Counted from the stretch's first letter, positions 30,459-40,020 are shown. The stretch: DNA of 40,802 nucleotides from a bacterium (GCA_016788215.1 JAEUSJ010000002.1:1-40802), one strand, 5' to 3'. Program-made: numbers and translations. The notes: generated from the letters alone by a model not told the origin.

Positions 30459-30505
30459 ACCCGACACCTCCGGTTAAGTGTGAATAAATGAAATCTTCCT
30501 CAAAA

Positions 30506-31600
30506 CTAATTTTTCACTGCAAGCTGCCCGCAGGCTGCCGAGATATCCGTTCCTCTGCTCCTCCGCAAAGTAAGCGGACTTTGAATAGAGGAAACCAGTT
30601 TCATAAAATAATCAATTCTCTCCTGTGACGGCCTCTTCAAAGCCGGTCCTTCGATCGGATTATAAGGAATTACATTAACTTTACACCGCCCGAGCTCAGA
30701 CGCGAGTTTTTTTAGCCGAAGCGCATCGGCGTTAGAATCATTCACATCCGCCATCAAGACGTATTCAAGCGTAACTGGATTTCGACGGGTGGAATTAAAA
30801 TGTTTGGCCGCCTGAAGCAATTCAGTCAATGGATATTTTTTTGTAATGGGCATTACGCGCTGGCGCACTTCGTCCTTTGTCGCATTCAGGCTTATCGCCA
30901 GATTATAAGGATGACCGGCATCCGCATACTCATAAATTTTTGGAATAATGCCGGAGGTAGAAATAGTGATGTGTTTCGCCGCCATACCGATGCCTTTTTC
31001 ATTGGCAATAATCTGCGCAGCCGTAATCACATTTTCATAATTTAGAAAGGGTTCGCCCATACCCATAAAAACGACATTGGAAATACCGGGGTCAATATAT
31101 TTCCGAATATAAATTAATTGTCCGACGATCTCCCCGACGGTTAGATTTCTGCTAAATCCCATCCATCCCGTTGCGCAGAATTCACAACCGACGGCACAGC
31201 CAACCTGTGTGGAAATGCAAACCGTTCGTCTTTCGTCGTCCGGAATGAATACCGATTCGATTTTCCGGCCGTCCGTCAATTCGAACAAGATTTTCTTTGT
31301 CGCATAGGCTTCTTTCTCCCCCGATTGCTGCGTTCTAATGGCTGCGGCATGATGAATCACTGCCACTTCGCTTAACCTCTCCCGCAGCGTTTTGGAAATA
31401 TCGGTCATCTCGTCAAACGATTCAGCGCCGTATTTATACAACCATTGAAAAACCTGTGCGCCGCGAAATTTCTTTTCGCCGATCGAAATAAAAAATGTTT
31501 CCAGTTCGTCCAACGTCATGCCGAGTAAATTCGGTTTTTCAGTTAGGATCGGGCTGTCAATAGAGGCTGTAAAATCAGTGTTTGGTGTGAGGACCTTCAT
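30506..31600 (-). CDS. rlmN: 23S rRNA/tRNA (adenine-C2)-methyltransferase, radical SAM
   Basis: It has FRGAQVFQWLY, the radical SAM cluster CISTQVGCAVGCEFCATG, NVVFMGMGEPFLN, and a C-terminal DISAACGQL. The ORF is open to 31678. The ATG at 31600 (MKVLTPN...) matches typical RlmN N-terminal length and removes the overlap with the divergent gene. Confidence 0.9.
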   Translation of the reverse strand: MKVLTPNTDFTASIDSPILTEKPNLLGMTLDELETFFISIGEKKFRGAQVFQWLYKYGAESFDEMTDISKTLRERLSEVAVIHHAAAIRTQQSGEKEAYATKKILFELTDGRKIESVFIPDDERRTVCISTQVGCAVGCEFCATGWMGFSRNLTVGEIVGQLIYIRKYIDPGISNVVFMGMGEPFLNYENVITAAQIIANEKGIGMAAKHITISTSGIIPKIYEYADAGHPYNLAISLNATKDEVRQRVMPITKKYPLTELLQAAKHFNSTRRNPVTLEYVLMADVNDSNADALRLKKLASELGRCKVNVIPYNPIEGPALKRPSQERIDYFMKLVSSIQSPLTLRRSRGTDISAACGQLAVKN

Positions 31601-31726
31601 TGGCGTAACATAACATTTCCACCCTTTTCTTGCAAGCATTTTGATTCTTAATTTTAATGCTATACATGCCTCTTGCATATAAGGCCGTCATTGAATACGT
31701 TGTCCAAAAAGCCTGCACAGGATATC

Positions 31727-32332
31727 ATGATGCGTATTTTATTTTTGGGCAGTATGGTGATACTGAACCTGAGCTGCGGTTCTACCAATGTGGATCCCGC
31801 TACGCCGGATGGCGCCCACAATAAATTTGTCCATGCATTCGGCGATAAAGACTATCAAACAGTGTATGAACTCCTCACATCGGACACAAAAGCCGATTTT
31901 CATGCATACCTCAAAACAACCCGCGAAGTGGTTTCCATTATCCGTTCCGAATATCCAGATGCGCTAAAGGAACAAGCTATCGATAATCTTTCTATACCTT
32001 TTAAGCAAGATACGTTCACGTACAGAGAGATTGAATCGTCGGCTGCCGAAAACGACGTTTTTAAAATACTATGCAGCCATATGTTCGCATCCAAGGATGA
32101 AACTCCATCAATGATGCAAAAATTTGGCACCAGAGTGCAATCTATTGAATTGGAGGGTCCGAATCAGGCAACAATACAAACTTTGGCAGGTGAGACTCTG
32201 GTTTATGTAAGGGAATCGGATCAACTTTGGCGTACATCTGAAATTTTCGGCATCAATTTCAAAAACTTAGTTTTGGTGAGCAGACAAAATCTGGAAATTA
32301 CTAAAAGAAACGTTGATATTTTTTCAAAATAA
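31727..32332 (+). CDS. Hypothetical lipoprotein
   Basis: The ORF track starts at 31673. The ATG at 31727 gives MMRILFLGSMVILNLSCGS, a signal peptide with a lipobox. I recognised no family. Confidence 0.55.
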   Translation: MMRILFLGSMVILNLSCGSTNVDPATPDGAHNKFVHAFGDKDYQTVYELLTSDTKADFHAYLKTTREVVSIIRSEYPDALKEQAIDNLSIPFKQDTFTYREIESSAAENDVFKILCSHMFASKDETPSMMQKFGTRVQSIELEGPNQATIQTLAGETLVYVRESDQLWRTSEIFGINFKNLVLVSRQNLEITKRNVDIFSK

Positions 32333-32367
32333 CGCCCGCAATCCGCATTTATTAAATTCTAAAAATA

Positions 32368-32396
32368 TTGACATTCCGAAGCGTTTATTCTATATT
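32368..32396 (+). promoter_or_regulatory. Candidate sigma70-type promoter for the lytic transglycosylase gene
   Basis: Consensus TTGACA (32368-32373), an exact 17-nt spacer, then TATATT (32391-32396). An AGGAG RBS at 32433-32437 precedes the TTG/ATG start at 32446/32449. Confidence 0.45.
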
Positions 32397-32445
32397 CTCG
32401 CGGTTTAGAAATGCTTGATTTTTTAATGATTTAGGAGAAATAAGG

Positions 32446-34566
32446 TTGATGAGATTTTACTTGAGAACTTTGTGTTTGGCAGTTTTTGCATGGATTATGA
32501 TCGGATGCGGTTCGTCGCAAAGCGTTCTTAATCCGGAGCTCAATAAGACTGTAACAGAATCGGATGGGATCACTAACCAAACGTCAGATTCCATTCAGCA
32601 AAATGTTCAGGAAGTTCAATTCCTAAAGCTGGTCGATTCAGATTCCGATAAGACCTTTCAGCAAACAAACGGATCGGGTGAAACCGCGGCGATCGAGAAC
32701 GTAAAAAAGCATTATGCCAATGCCCTTAACTTCTGGTTCGTCGAACAGAATGCAGAAGCTGCAAAACAGGAATACCTTGCCGCCATTGACGCTCTCGTCG
32801 CGCTGGGAGATATATTAGCAAGTAAGGAGTCGTATGATGAAGATGCCGCCAATGGCAACGGGGGCGACCTCATGCTGCCTTTTAATATCGGAGAAACGAG
32901 AACGGAACAGGATGATACGCAGGTTACAGACAGATCCGACTATGGCAATTGGCTGGCAAACGGAATTATTGAACATTATAGGAATTTGCTTGAACTTAAG
33001 AATGAATTTAACGGCGACGCATTTAATCAAACGGTATTGAGTCGACTGGCGTTTTTTGATACCGGTTTATCCGGCCTCAGTTCATACGGCTCAATCAAAG
33101 CACCCATAGCCAAAGGGCACGCTTTGGATTACATCCCAATGAATATCGAAAATGAACGAATACAAAAGTATATTGACTATATGACCAAAGATGGCGGCGC
33201 CAACATTCGTTTTTTGTATAAGAAAATGGGACAATTTGAAAACCTGATCAGAGAAGTGATCAAGCAGGAAGGCGTCTCCGAAGATCTAATTTATCTTGCT
33301 ATGATCGAAAGCGGTTTCAGTGCGACTGCCAGATCACGCGCTCATGCGGTTGGACCCTGGCAATTTACAAAATCAACGGCTGCAATCTACGGAATGAATG
33401 TGGATTGGTGGGTTGACGAACGGCGAGATATTTTTGTGTCAACCAAGGCCGCTATCAAACACCTTAAGGACCTGTTCAATATTTACGGCGATTGGTATCT
33501 CGTCTTAGCCGCATACAACGCAGGGCCGGGCGGCGTCAACCGTGCGATGAAAAAGAATAATACGCGAGACTACTGGGAAATGTCTAAGATGCCGAGAGAG
33601 GCAAAGAATTATGTGCCCTACTTTATCGCATCGGCGACCATCGCCAAAAACCCGGATCAATTCGGAGTCACTTTGGAGAAAGACATTCCCATGCTTGTCG
33701 ACACCGTCACAGTAACCGAATGTCTTGACCTGGAGATTATTGCCGGTTGCGTACATTCGACCGTGGACAGCATTCGTGATATCAATCCCGCCCTATTGCG
33801 CTGGTGCACACCGCCTACGACTTCGCGGTACTTGCTCAAACTGCCGTCCGGCACGCGCGCCAAATTCCTTGAGAATTACGCGAAAATCCCGCAAGAGAAA
33901 AAACGCTCCTGGGTCAGATACCAGGTAAGATACGGTGAAACACTGTCACTGATTGCCAACCGTTACGGCACGGATATCAAAGCGATCATGCAGGCCAATC
34001 AACTCAAAAGTTCCGTTAATCTGATCACCGGCCAATACATTATCATTCCGGTTGCGCCGAAATCTTATACGGCTTCGGCGGTTACAACACCTGTTTATAC
34101 GAAATCCGCGACAAGTACCGGCAACTATTCATCCGGCGCTGGATCAACAACGACAAAGAAAAAAGTCGACGACAAAGCAGGGAAGAAAAAAATATTGTAC
34201 AAAGTCGAAGGAGGAAATACGTTAGGGGAAATTGCAGAATGGTACAATATTTTGGCACAGAACATCCGGGACTGGAATGGTTTATATTACGGGGATCCTA
34301 TTTTTCCTGGACAAGTGCTGACTCTGTGGATAGATACGTATATTCCTGACGAAGGATACCGCAACGCCACCAAGAAAAAAGCCAAAGAAATTTCAGCAGA
34401 CGAGCCGGGAACGAAGATTTATGTAGTGCAGGACAACGACACCTTGATCAGTATCGCAAAGCTATTTAACGTCGAAGTAAGCAGTATCAAACGCTGGAAC
34501 AAATTGTCTTCCAACTCAATCCGCGTCGGGGAAAAACTGAAAATCTACGTTGGCACTAACAACTGA
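32446..34566 (+). CDS. Membrane-bound lytic murein transglycosylase D-like lipoprotein with three LysM domains
   Basis: 706 aa. Lipobox: WIMIGCGSS. SLT catalytic region: LIYLAMIESGFSATARSRAHAVGPWQFT...AAYNAGPGGV. The three LysM repeats are YQVRYGETLSLIANRYG..., YKVEGGNTLGEIAEWYN... and YVVQDNDTLISIAKLFN.... Confidence 0.88.
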   Translation: MMRFYLRTLCLAVFAWIMIGCGSSQSVLNPELNKTVTESDGITNQTSDSIQQNVQEVQFLKLVDSDSDKTFQQTNGSGETAAIENVKKHYANALNFWFVEQNAEAAKQEYLAAIDALVALGDILASKESYDEDAANGNGGDLMLPFNIGETRTEQDDTQVTDRSDYGNWLANGIIEHYRNLLELKNEFNGDAFNQTVLSRLAFFDTGLSGLSSYGSIKAPIAKGHALDYIPMNIENERIQKYIDYMTKDGGANIRFLYKKMGQFENLIREVIKQEGVSEDLIYLAMIESGFSATARSRAHAVGPWQFTKSTAAIYGMNVDWWVDERRDIFVSTKAAIKHLKDLFNIYGDWYLVLAAYNAGPGGVNRAMKKNNTRDYWEMSKMPREAKNYVPYFIASATIAKNPDQFGVTLEKDIPMLVDTVTVTECLDLEIIAGCVHSTVDSIRDINPALLRWCTPPTTSRYLLKLPSGTRAKFLENYAKIPQEKKRSWVRYQVRYGETLSLIANRYGTDIKAIMQANQLKSSVNLITGQYIIIPVAPKSYTASAVTTPVYTKSATSTGNYSSGAGSTTTKKKVDDKAGKKKILYKVEGGNTLGEIAEWYNILAQNIRDWNGLYYGDPIFPGQVLTLWIDTYIPDEGYRNATKKKAKEISADEPGTKIYVVQDNDTLISIAKLFNVEVSSIKRWNKLSSNSIRVGEKLKIYVGTNN

Positions 34567-34587
34567 TTTAAAACAAATAAAAATTAT

Positions 34588-34623
34588 AAAAAGTCCGTCC
34601 CTGATGGCCGGACTTTTTTTTTT
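34588..34623. terminator. Bidirectional Rho-independent terminator between convergent genes
   Basis: AAAAAGTCCG (34588-34597) pairs with CGGACTTTTT (34609-34618) around an 11-nt loop. An A-run lies 5' and a 10-T run lies 3' (to 34623), so it can terminate both the + gene ending at 34566 and the - gene ending at 34633. Confidence 0.75.
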
Positions 34624-34632
34624 GAATGACAC

Positions 34633-35223
34633 TTATACGATTTTTCGCAGCCGCTCAATTTCCTTAGCAAGCAGTCCCTGCCCCGCGCTGTCAAAAATAT
34701 CCGCATCAAAACCCGGGTTTAACACTTTCACTGCCAACAAACTGTTTGTGTAATCTCCGAGAAGAAAATAATTTTGCGCTTGTAACAATTTCAGATCCGA
34801 TGCACTGAGGCCGACGGCGTATGGAAAACTCCATTCGGAATCAACATCCAAAGCCGCTTGGGCGTATGTATTGGAGCCGTCAAATTCTTTCTGTGCATTT
34901 TTCATAAATGCCCAGCCGGCGTAGTGATCAGCCGTTACGTTTATTTTAAGCGCGCCGGTATTAAAATACTCCTCCGCCTTAATCAAACTATCCAATTTCA
35001 TTTGAATCCACGCCAAACCGGTGTACGCTTCTGCAAATGAAGGCTCCTTTTTCTTGGCTTTGATAAACCAGGCGGTCGCCATATCGAATTCGTTTTGGCT
35101 ATAACTGGTCCACCCTTCCAGGATCATATCTTCGTAGGTTGTAGTGTCTTTCACCGGGTCGGGGCCGCAGGAAATTTGATACATCAGAACAAAGACTAGC
35201 AGAACAAAGTTATTCGATTTCAT
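34633..35223 (-). CDS. TPR-like small lipoprotein
   Basis: The ORF is open to 35253. The ATG at 35223 gives MKSNNFVLLVFVLMYQISCGPD, a signal peptide with a lipobox. It has helical-repeat character (AEAYTGLAWIQMKLDSLIKAEEYF, QNYFLLGDYTNSLLAV). It lies immediately downstream of the 935-aa T9SS cargo gene. Confidence 0.6.
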   Translation of the reverse strand: MKSNNFVLLVFVLMYQISCGPDPVKDTTTYEDMILEGWTSYSQNEFDMATAWFIKAKKKEPSFAEAYTGLAWIQMKLDSLIKAEEYFNTGALKINVTADHYAGWAFMKNAQKEFDGSNTYAQAALDVDSEWSFPYAVGLSASDLKLLQAQNYFLLGDYTNSLLAVKVLNPGFDADIFDSAGQGLLAKEIERLRKIV

Positions 35224-35269
35224 ACAATTTTTTATGTTTGATTGACAATTCAATTTTCGCTTGTCACTT

Positions 35270-38077
35270 TTATTTTATAAAAATCATTCTCTTAGTCTGA
35301 ATAAATTTTTTCGTTTGTAATCGATATAAGTACATTCCACTTGCAACTTCGCGTCCATTTTCATTTCGTCCATCCCAAATAACCGAGTATCGTCCGGCAG
35401 AACGCTGCGCATCATATAAGGTTCTGACTCTCTGTCCGAGCATGTTGTATACGACAATAGACAAGCGCCCGTCTTCCGGCATATCGTATTCGATTGTGGT
35501 AGACGGATTAAAAGGATTCGGATAGTTTTGTTTTAAATTAAAATCTTTCACGACTGAATTACGTACACTCATCGCGTAATCTTCATCTACTTTGAATACG
35601 CCCAGTTTATTTACGTAGGCAACAACTTTATTATACCTTGGCAAAACCTGACTCTCGAGGCGTTTCCATTGCTCATCCTCATATCTAAAAATAAAAAGTT
35701 TATCCGTCTCGGCAAACCTGGCAGGATCGTATTGAATCTCTACCCGTATATTAGAAGGAAACTCGTTTGTGGGTCCAAAATAATATGCGGTTTCATTTTT
35801 GATTGTCTCATTATTCAAAATAAAACATGTTTCTTCAGAAACGGTATTGTTCATTATTTGAAGACCGGCTATACCGTCAACGGATTTGAGAACCGCCGGA
35901 ATTCCCGGTTTCGCCAGCGAGACTGAATAGGTTCGCTCCTTGGTTGAGTCCTGCCCACGGTATGAAACCGCCTGCGTGCGGATTTTATAAATTCCGTCCG
36001 AATCAAATGTATACGATCCTTTATACACGTTTTGTGAGACGAGTGTCATGGCAATGACGGTCGTGTCCGTCGTTCGCCAAAGTTTGACGGTTGGCGCGCC
36101 CGTCAAATTAACATCCGAAGTGACAACAATGTCAACATATTTCGTGAGCAGCGAATTCTGATACAATGAAGTCGCCAAATTTAATGCCGGCGTTTGAGGC
36201 GTAGCGCTTACTTGTGCAGAAAAAGCGCTTTCCACGTAATGATTATCAACTGCCGTGATACGGAAATAGTAAGTCGTGCCGTTAACAAGCCCGGTGATAG
36301 TTTTAATGGTATCAACCCGGTTTTCAACGGAATCTATTGATATTGTTGGGCTCGGTGAAGTTCCGCCATAAATTCTATACCTCATAAAATCACCATCCTG
36401 ATTCTGGTTCCACTGTAGTGTCACGCGGGCGCTGTCGCTGCTGATCGTAACATTTGCAGGCGTTTCAGGCGGTTCGAACCCAGGGATATTCGGAGCCTCG
36501 CTTACCTCGGAAGAAAACACACTTTCGCGGAATGAAGAATCCACAACCGTCAACCGGAAATAATACAATGTGCCGTTTGTAAGTCCGTTAAATGTTATTA
36601 CCGTGTCCATACGATTGTCGAGAGAATCAAGCAATTCGTCTGGATTAGGCGACGTGCCGCCATAAATTCTGTACCGCATGAAAAAGGGCTCCTGATTTTG
36701 CCGCCAGGTTAAAGTAAGCGATGCGCTATCATGGCTGATGGTCACAAGCTGAGGCGTTTGCGGTAAATTTCGGGTCATCGTATAATCAAAATTCGATGTA
36801 GAATTAGTCGGAACAGATGCATCCCGATAAATAGTAACGTATCCCGGTTTAACGATTTTTAAAGTTGAATTGCCCGATAATGCCGTAAAATTATACCGGC
36901 CAGAATCGTTGGTCGTGCGCGTCAAATTATCCTGCAAAAGTGTGATAGTCACACCTTTGAGCGGTTCTCCGGAAATACTGTCAGTTATGGTTCCTGTTAT
37001 CTGCCCCGTTTCTTTTCCCGAAAAGCCAAGAACGTAAAGGCCGCCGCTGATATCGGAAACTGCAATATTTCCAGACGGAAAGTACGGATAAACACCCCAA
37101 GCGCCGGCGAATTGCGCGGAGTTACTCGGAGCATACGTATCATAATGTCCTGCAACAATCGGCGCTGATGGATTGCTGACATTAAAAATGCGTACGCCTT
37201 CCGTATAATAGGAAGCGTAAGCGTATTTCCCTTTGGCATATACATTATGAACAATCCCGGAACTCCCGTACGTTCCCAGTTGAGATATATTTGTATTATT
37301 CGCAATGCCGTCCCGCAGCGTTGAAATATCCCAAATGCGCAGGCTTCCGGCGGGACTGCTTGTTTCGTCCGTCGTAAAAAGAATTTGGCCGTTATCGGAC
37401 AGTGCCGTATTGTGAGTAAAAGCCCCCGGGTAAGTGTAGGAGTGAACAATCTGCAGATTGGATTTATTTTTTGCATCGATCACATATACTTTTCCGGAAA
37501 ATATGGCTGCCGCATAGATAGTGTCATTTCGAACGTAGCAGTCATGTATATATTCATTATTAAAACTGCCAACTTCCACGGGGTTAACGGGATCCGCAAG
37601 ACTTAGTATCTTAATGCCCCCCACTGGCGTCGCATTGCCGCCGGTCAAATAGGCATACCCGTCGCGAATCTGAATATCATGCGTGTGATCGTAACCGGCC
37701 GTTGTCCACGTATTAACCAGCGTTGCCGTAGCGGGCAACGGCGACATGTCGATGATCTGTAATCCGCTGCCTCCCGCTTCCGACACTACATAAGCATATT
37801 TCCCCCAGGATTGGATCTCATGCCAACTGGATGTACCGCCTGGAATAAACGCTCTTTCCACCGGTATGGACGGATTGGTGATCTCAATCACCGCCGTTCC
37901 AGTATTACAGCCCAAAAGAGCGTACTCACGGCCGAGGGAATCGGTATACCCCCAAATATTGGCGTAGCTCGCGCCGTGTTGATCCAGTTGACTCAGGTAA
38001 GTCATATTGATCTGAGACTGAACGGGCACCGCAAAAAAAAGGATGAAGAAACAGATCATCCTATACTTCATACGCAC
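35270..38077 (-). CDS. T9SS-sorted protein: choice-of-anchor-B / LVIVD-repeat beta-propeller, CarboxypepD_reg-like domain, 2x fibronectin type III, unassigned region and T9SS C-terminal domain
   Basis: 935 aa with a signal peptide.
- N-terminal region: ANIWGYTDSLGREYALLGCNTGTAVIEITNPS...WGKYAYVVSE..GLQIIDMS, with repeated GxYAY...G..I.D.S-type blades.
- CarboxypepD_reg-like segment: ITGTITDSISGEPLKGVTITL...TNDSGRYNF.
- Two FN3 copies.
- C-terminal domain (35273-35545): NYPNPFNPSTTIEYDMP...VVYNMLGQRV...GRYSVIWDGRNENGREVASGMYLYRLQT...RMIFIK. Confidence 0.85.
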   Translation of the reverse strand: MRMKYRMICFFILFFAVPVQSQINMTYLSQLDQHGASYANIWGYTDSLGREYALLGCNTGTAVIEITNPSIPVERAFIPGGTSSWHEIQSWGKYAYVVSEAGGSGLQIIDMSPLPATATLVNTWTTAGYDHTHDIQIRDGYAYLTGGNATPVGGIKILSLADPVNPVEVGSFNNEYIHDCYVRNDTIYAAAIFSGKVYVIDAKNKSNLQIVHSYTYPGAFTHNTALSDNGQILFTTDETSSPAGSLRIWDISTLRDGIANNTNISQLGTYGSSGIVHNVYAKGKYAYASYYTEGVRIFNVSNPSAPIVAGHYDTYAPSNSAQFAGAWGVYPYFPSGNIAVSDISGGLYVLGFSGKETGQITGTITDSISGEPLKGVTITLLQDNLTRTTNDSGRYNFTALSGNSTLKIVKPGYVTIYRDASVPTNSTSNFDYTMTRNLPQTPQLVTISHDSASLTLTWRQNQEPFFMRYRIYGGTSPNPDELLDSLDNRMDTVITFNGLTNGTLYYFRLTVVDSSFRESVFSSEVSEAPNIPGFEPPETPANVTISSDSARVTLQWNQNQDGDFMRYRIYGGTSPSPTISIDSVENRVDTIKTITGLVNGTTYYFRITAVDNHYVESAFSAQVSATPQTPALNLATSLYQNSLLTKYVDIVVTSDVNLTGAPTVKLWRTTDTTVIAMTLVSQNVYKGSYTFDSDGIYKIRTQAVSYRGQDSTKERTYSVSLAKPGIPAVLKSVDGIAGLQIMNNTVSEETCFILNNETIKNETAYYFGPTNEFPSNIRVEIQYDPARFAETDKLFIFRYEDEQWKRLESQVLPRYNKVVAYVNKLGVFKVDEDYAMSVRNSVVKDFNLKQNYPNPFNPSTTIEYDMPEDGRLSIVVYNMLGQRVRTLYDAQRSAGRYSVIWDGRNENGREVASGMYLYRLQTKKFIQTKRMIFIK
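36197..36763 (-). repeat. Tandem in-gene duplication encoding two about-91-aa FN3 domains
   Basis: Copy 1 (36491-36763) reads PQTPQLVTISHDSASLTLTWRQNQEPFFMRYRIYGGTSPNPDELLDSLDNRMDTVITFNGLTNGTLYYFRLTVVDSSFRESVFSSEVSEAP. Copy 2 (36197-36469) reads PETPANVTISSDSARVTLQWNQNQDGDFMRYRIYGGTSPSPTISIDSVENRVDTIKTITGLVNGTTYYFRITAVDNHYVESAFSAQVSATP. They align without gaps. Confidence 0.85.
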
Positions 38078-38086
38078 TCCTTTTTA

Positions 38087-39364
38087 TTAAGACAATAAAA
38101 CTCTAATAATTCCGATAACTATTCCGATGGCAAACCCCGCAACGGCGCCATTGACGCGAATCCATTGCATATCGTTATACGTTCGGATTCGGAATTGTTC
38201 TTTGATCTGCTCCGGAGAAAGGCTGCTGAGATTTTTTTCAACCATTGCTCCGATCAAATGATGGTTTCTATTAATGACCTCGCCTATGACGGAAATAACA
38301 TTCTCGTTTACAGTTTTCTGCCATACGCTATTGTTCCTGAGTTCCAGTATAACATCGCCAACCCAGTCCGACACGTTACGATAAATCAGGCCTTCCTTTT
38401 CGTTGCTTTGTTCATGTAAAAACTCAATTAGTCTGCCGATCACTTTTTCAGCCAATAAAGTGAATTCCAGTTCCGATATTATTTCGGCTCCGAGTTTATC
38501 TAATTTCTTAGCGGACGCCGTGTCCGTACGCAGATCATTGATCCAGGCTAACGATTTCGTATCAATTTTCAGGCGAACAGGATGATATGGATTGTCCTGC
38601 AATTCACGCAGGAACTGTATACTCTTAAGAATGGCCTTCTCAGCTGTCTCTACGGGATCAAAAAATAATTGTTTCAAAAGCCCGCCCTTATCTTCAGACA
38701 ACTTTTCGACGATTAGATCAAAAGCTTCCTGCGTACTAAGAAGTTCAGTTAATTTTTCTGCAAAAAACGGAACCAACTGATCTAGAAGTTTTTTTGCCCG
38801 ATCGTCCGTAATGCTGCCTCCGATCCATCGACTCCATTGAATACGGGTAATCTGATCATTTAATATTCCGGCTAACTTTTCTTTGGCTGCCGGCTTTTCA
38901 AGAATTTTAGTAAAGCGTTCGATAAGCCAGCTGACGTGTCCTGAAAGTTCCCCGTTTTGCTTTATTTTTTCCAAATAATCTGCAAGCGCCCCGGCCACGT
39001 CAACCGATTGCAGAACGTTTTTCACACTTTGAGGCGACAACCATTCGTCTGCAACTAATTTTCCCGCCGCCTGCGCAATCGCTTTTTGTTTGCGCGGAAT
39101 GATACCGGACGCCGGAACGATCCGCACATTTCCGATCTTGATCTCATCAAATATCATTTTCACCGCAAGCCAGTCTGCTGCGCCGCCCACCGTACCGGCT
39201 TCAAATCCCGTTTGAATGATTATTAGAAATACTAAATAGGTCTGCGGCGTAAAGCTTATCAATAAGGACGAAAGAATGAGCCCGGACAAAGCAATAGCAA
39301 ACGAGATCTCGCCTTTATGCTGTGTCAAAAAATGCTGATCAGGCGCACTGTTCTTTTGAAACAT
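38087..39364 (-). CDS. DUF445-family membrane protein
   Basis: 425 aa. The N-terminal TM segments have AGTVGGAADWLAVKMIFDE. The C-terminal part has YNDMQWIRVNGAVAGFAIGIVIGII, which from memory matches the DUF445 (YjiN-like) end motifs. Gaps are 8 nt to tmk and 9 nt to the T9SS cargo gene. Confidence 0.72.
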   Translation of the reverse strand: MFQKNSAPDQHFLTQHKGEISFAIALSGLILSSLLISFTPQTYLVFLIIIQTGFEAGTVGGAADWLAVKMIFDEIKIGNVRIVPASGIIPRKQKAIAQAAGKLVADEWLSPQSVKNVLQSVDVAGALADYLEKIKQNGELSGHVSWLIERFTKILEKPAAKEKLAGILNDQITRIQWSRWIGGSITDDRAKKLLDQLVPFFAEKLTELLSTQEAFDLIVEKLSEDKGGLLKQLFFDPVETAEKAILKSIQFLRELQDNPYHPVRLKIDTKSLAWINDLRTDTASAKKLDKLGAEIISELEFTLLAEKVIGRLIEFLHEQSNEKEGLIYRNVSDWVGDVILELRNNSVWQKTVNENVISVIGEVINRNHHLIGAMVEKNLSSLSPEQIKEQFRIRTYNDMQWIRVNGAVAGFAIGIVIGIIRVLLS

Positions 39365-39372
39365 CGAAAAGT

Positions 39373-40020
39373 TCAGTTCGAATGTATAGGATTGTGTTTT
39401 CTAATGACCTTCAGAATCTCGTGATAGATCTTCTCCCCGATAGCATCAATGGGCAGGTTCCCATCGATCAATTTGACACGTTTCGCATTTTCCTGAACAA
39501 TTTGAATATACCCGTTCCGGATACGCTCAAAAAAATACTGATCTTCGCTTTCCATACGGTCGGCCGCCAGGTTTCCGCGACGCCGCTCCGACTCTTCCCA
39601 GTTGACATCGATAAATATCGTGAGGTCCGGAACTAACCCGCCGGTAGCAAGCGCATTTGCTTTTTCAATGGCTTGAAGGGAGAGCCCCCGGCCATAGCCC
39701 TGATAAGCCGTTGTAGAATCATAAAAACGGTCAATCAGAACGATCATTTTCTTCTGGAGCGCCGGTCTGATTTTTTCAGCAACGATTTGGGCGCGCGCTG
39801 CTTCATAGAGCAAAAGTTCAGTGATAGGATCGATATTCATATTGTGTATCGATAACAAGATGTTCCGGATTTGCTCAGAAATTTCAGAGCCGCCGGGATC
39901 GCGAAGAGTTAATACGGAATAACCCTCGTCCTGCAATTGTTGCGTGAGATGCTCAACCTGCGTGGATTTGCCGCAACGATCAATTCCCTCAAAACTTACG
40001 AAAATACCTTTGTGCAACAT
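39373..40020 (-). CDS. tmk: Thymidylate (dTMP) kinase
   Basis: 215 aa. P-loop: FVSFEGIDRCGKSTQ. It also has the DRF/DRY region (LIDRFYDSTTAYQGYGRG) and a lid region (ESERRRGNLAADRME). Confidence 0.93.
   Translation of the reverse strand: MLHKGIFVSFEGIDRCGKSTQVEHLTQQLQDEGYSVLTLRDPGGSEISEQIRNILLSIHNMNIDPITELLLYEAARAQIVAEKIRPALQKKMIVLIDRFYDSTTAYQGYGRGLSLQAIEKANALATGGLVPDLTIFIDVNWEESERRRGNLAADRMESEDQYFFERIRNGYIQIVQENAKRVKLIDGNLPIDAIGEKIYHEILKVIRKHNPIHSN

Noticed and set aside
31601-31726. Apparent head-to-head overlap of the rlmN ORF (to 31678) and the plus-strand ORF (from 31673)
   Set aside because: It is an artefact of longest-ORF calling. Internal starts at 31600 (rlmN, normal N-terminal length) and 31727 (a clean lipoprotein signal peptide) remove the overlap and leave a 126-bp divergent promoter region.
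36997-37476. 159-aa minus-strand ORF in an alternative frame inside the 935-aa T9SS gene
   Set aside because: It is fully nested in a gene whose own frame encodes recognisable propeller repeats. The Arg/Pro/Leu-rich product is typical of an off-frame reading.
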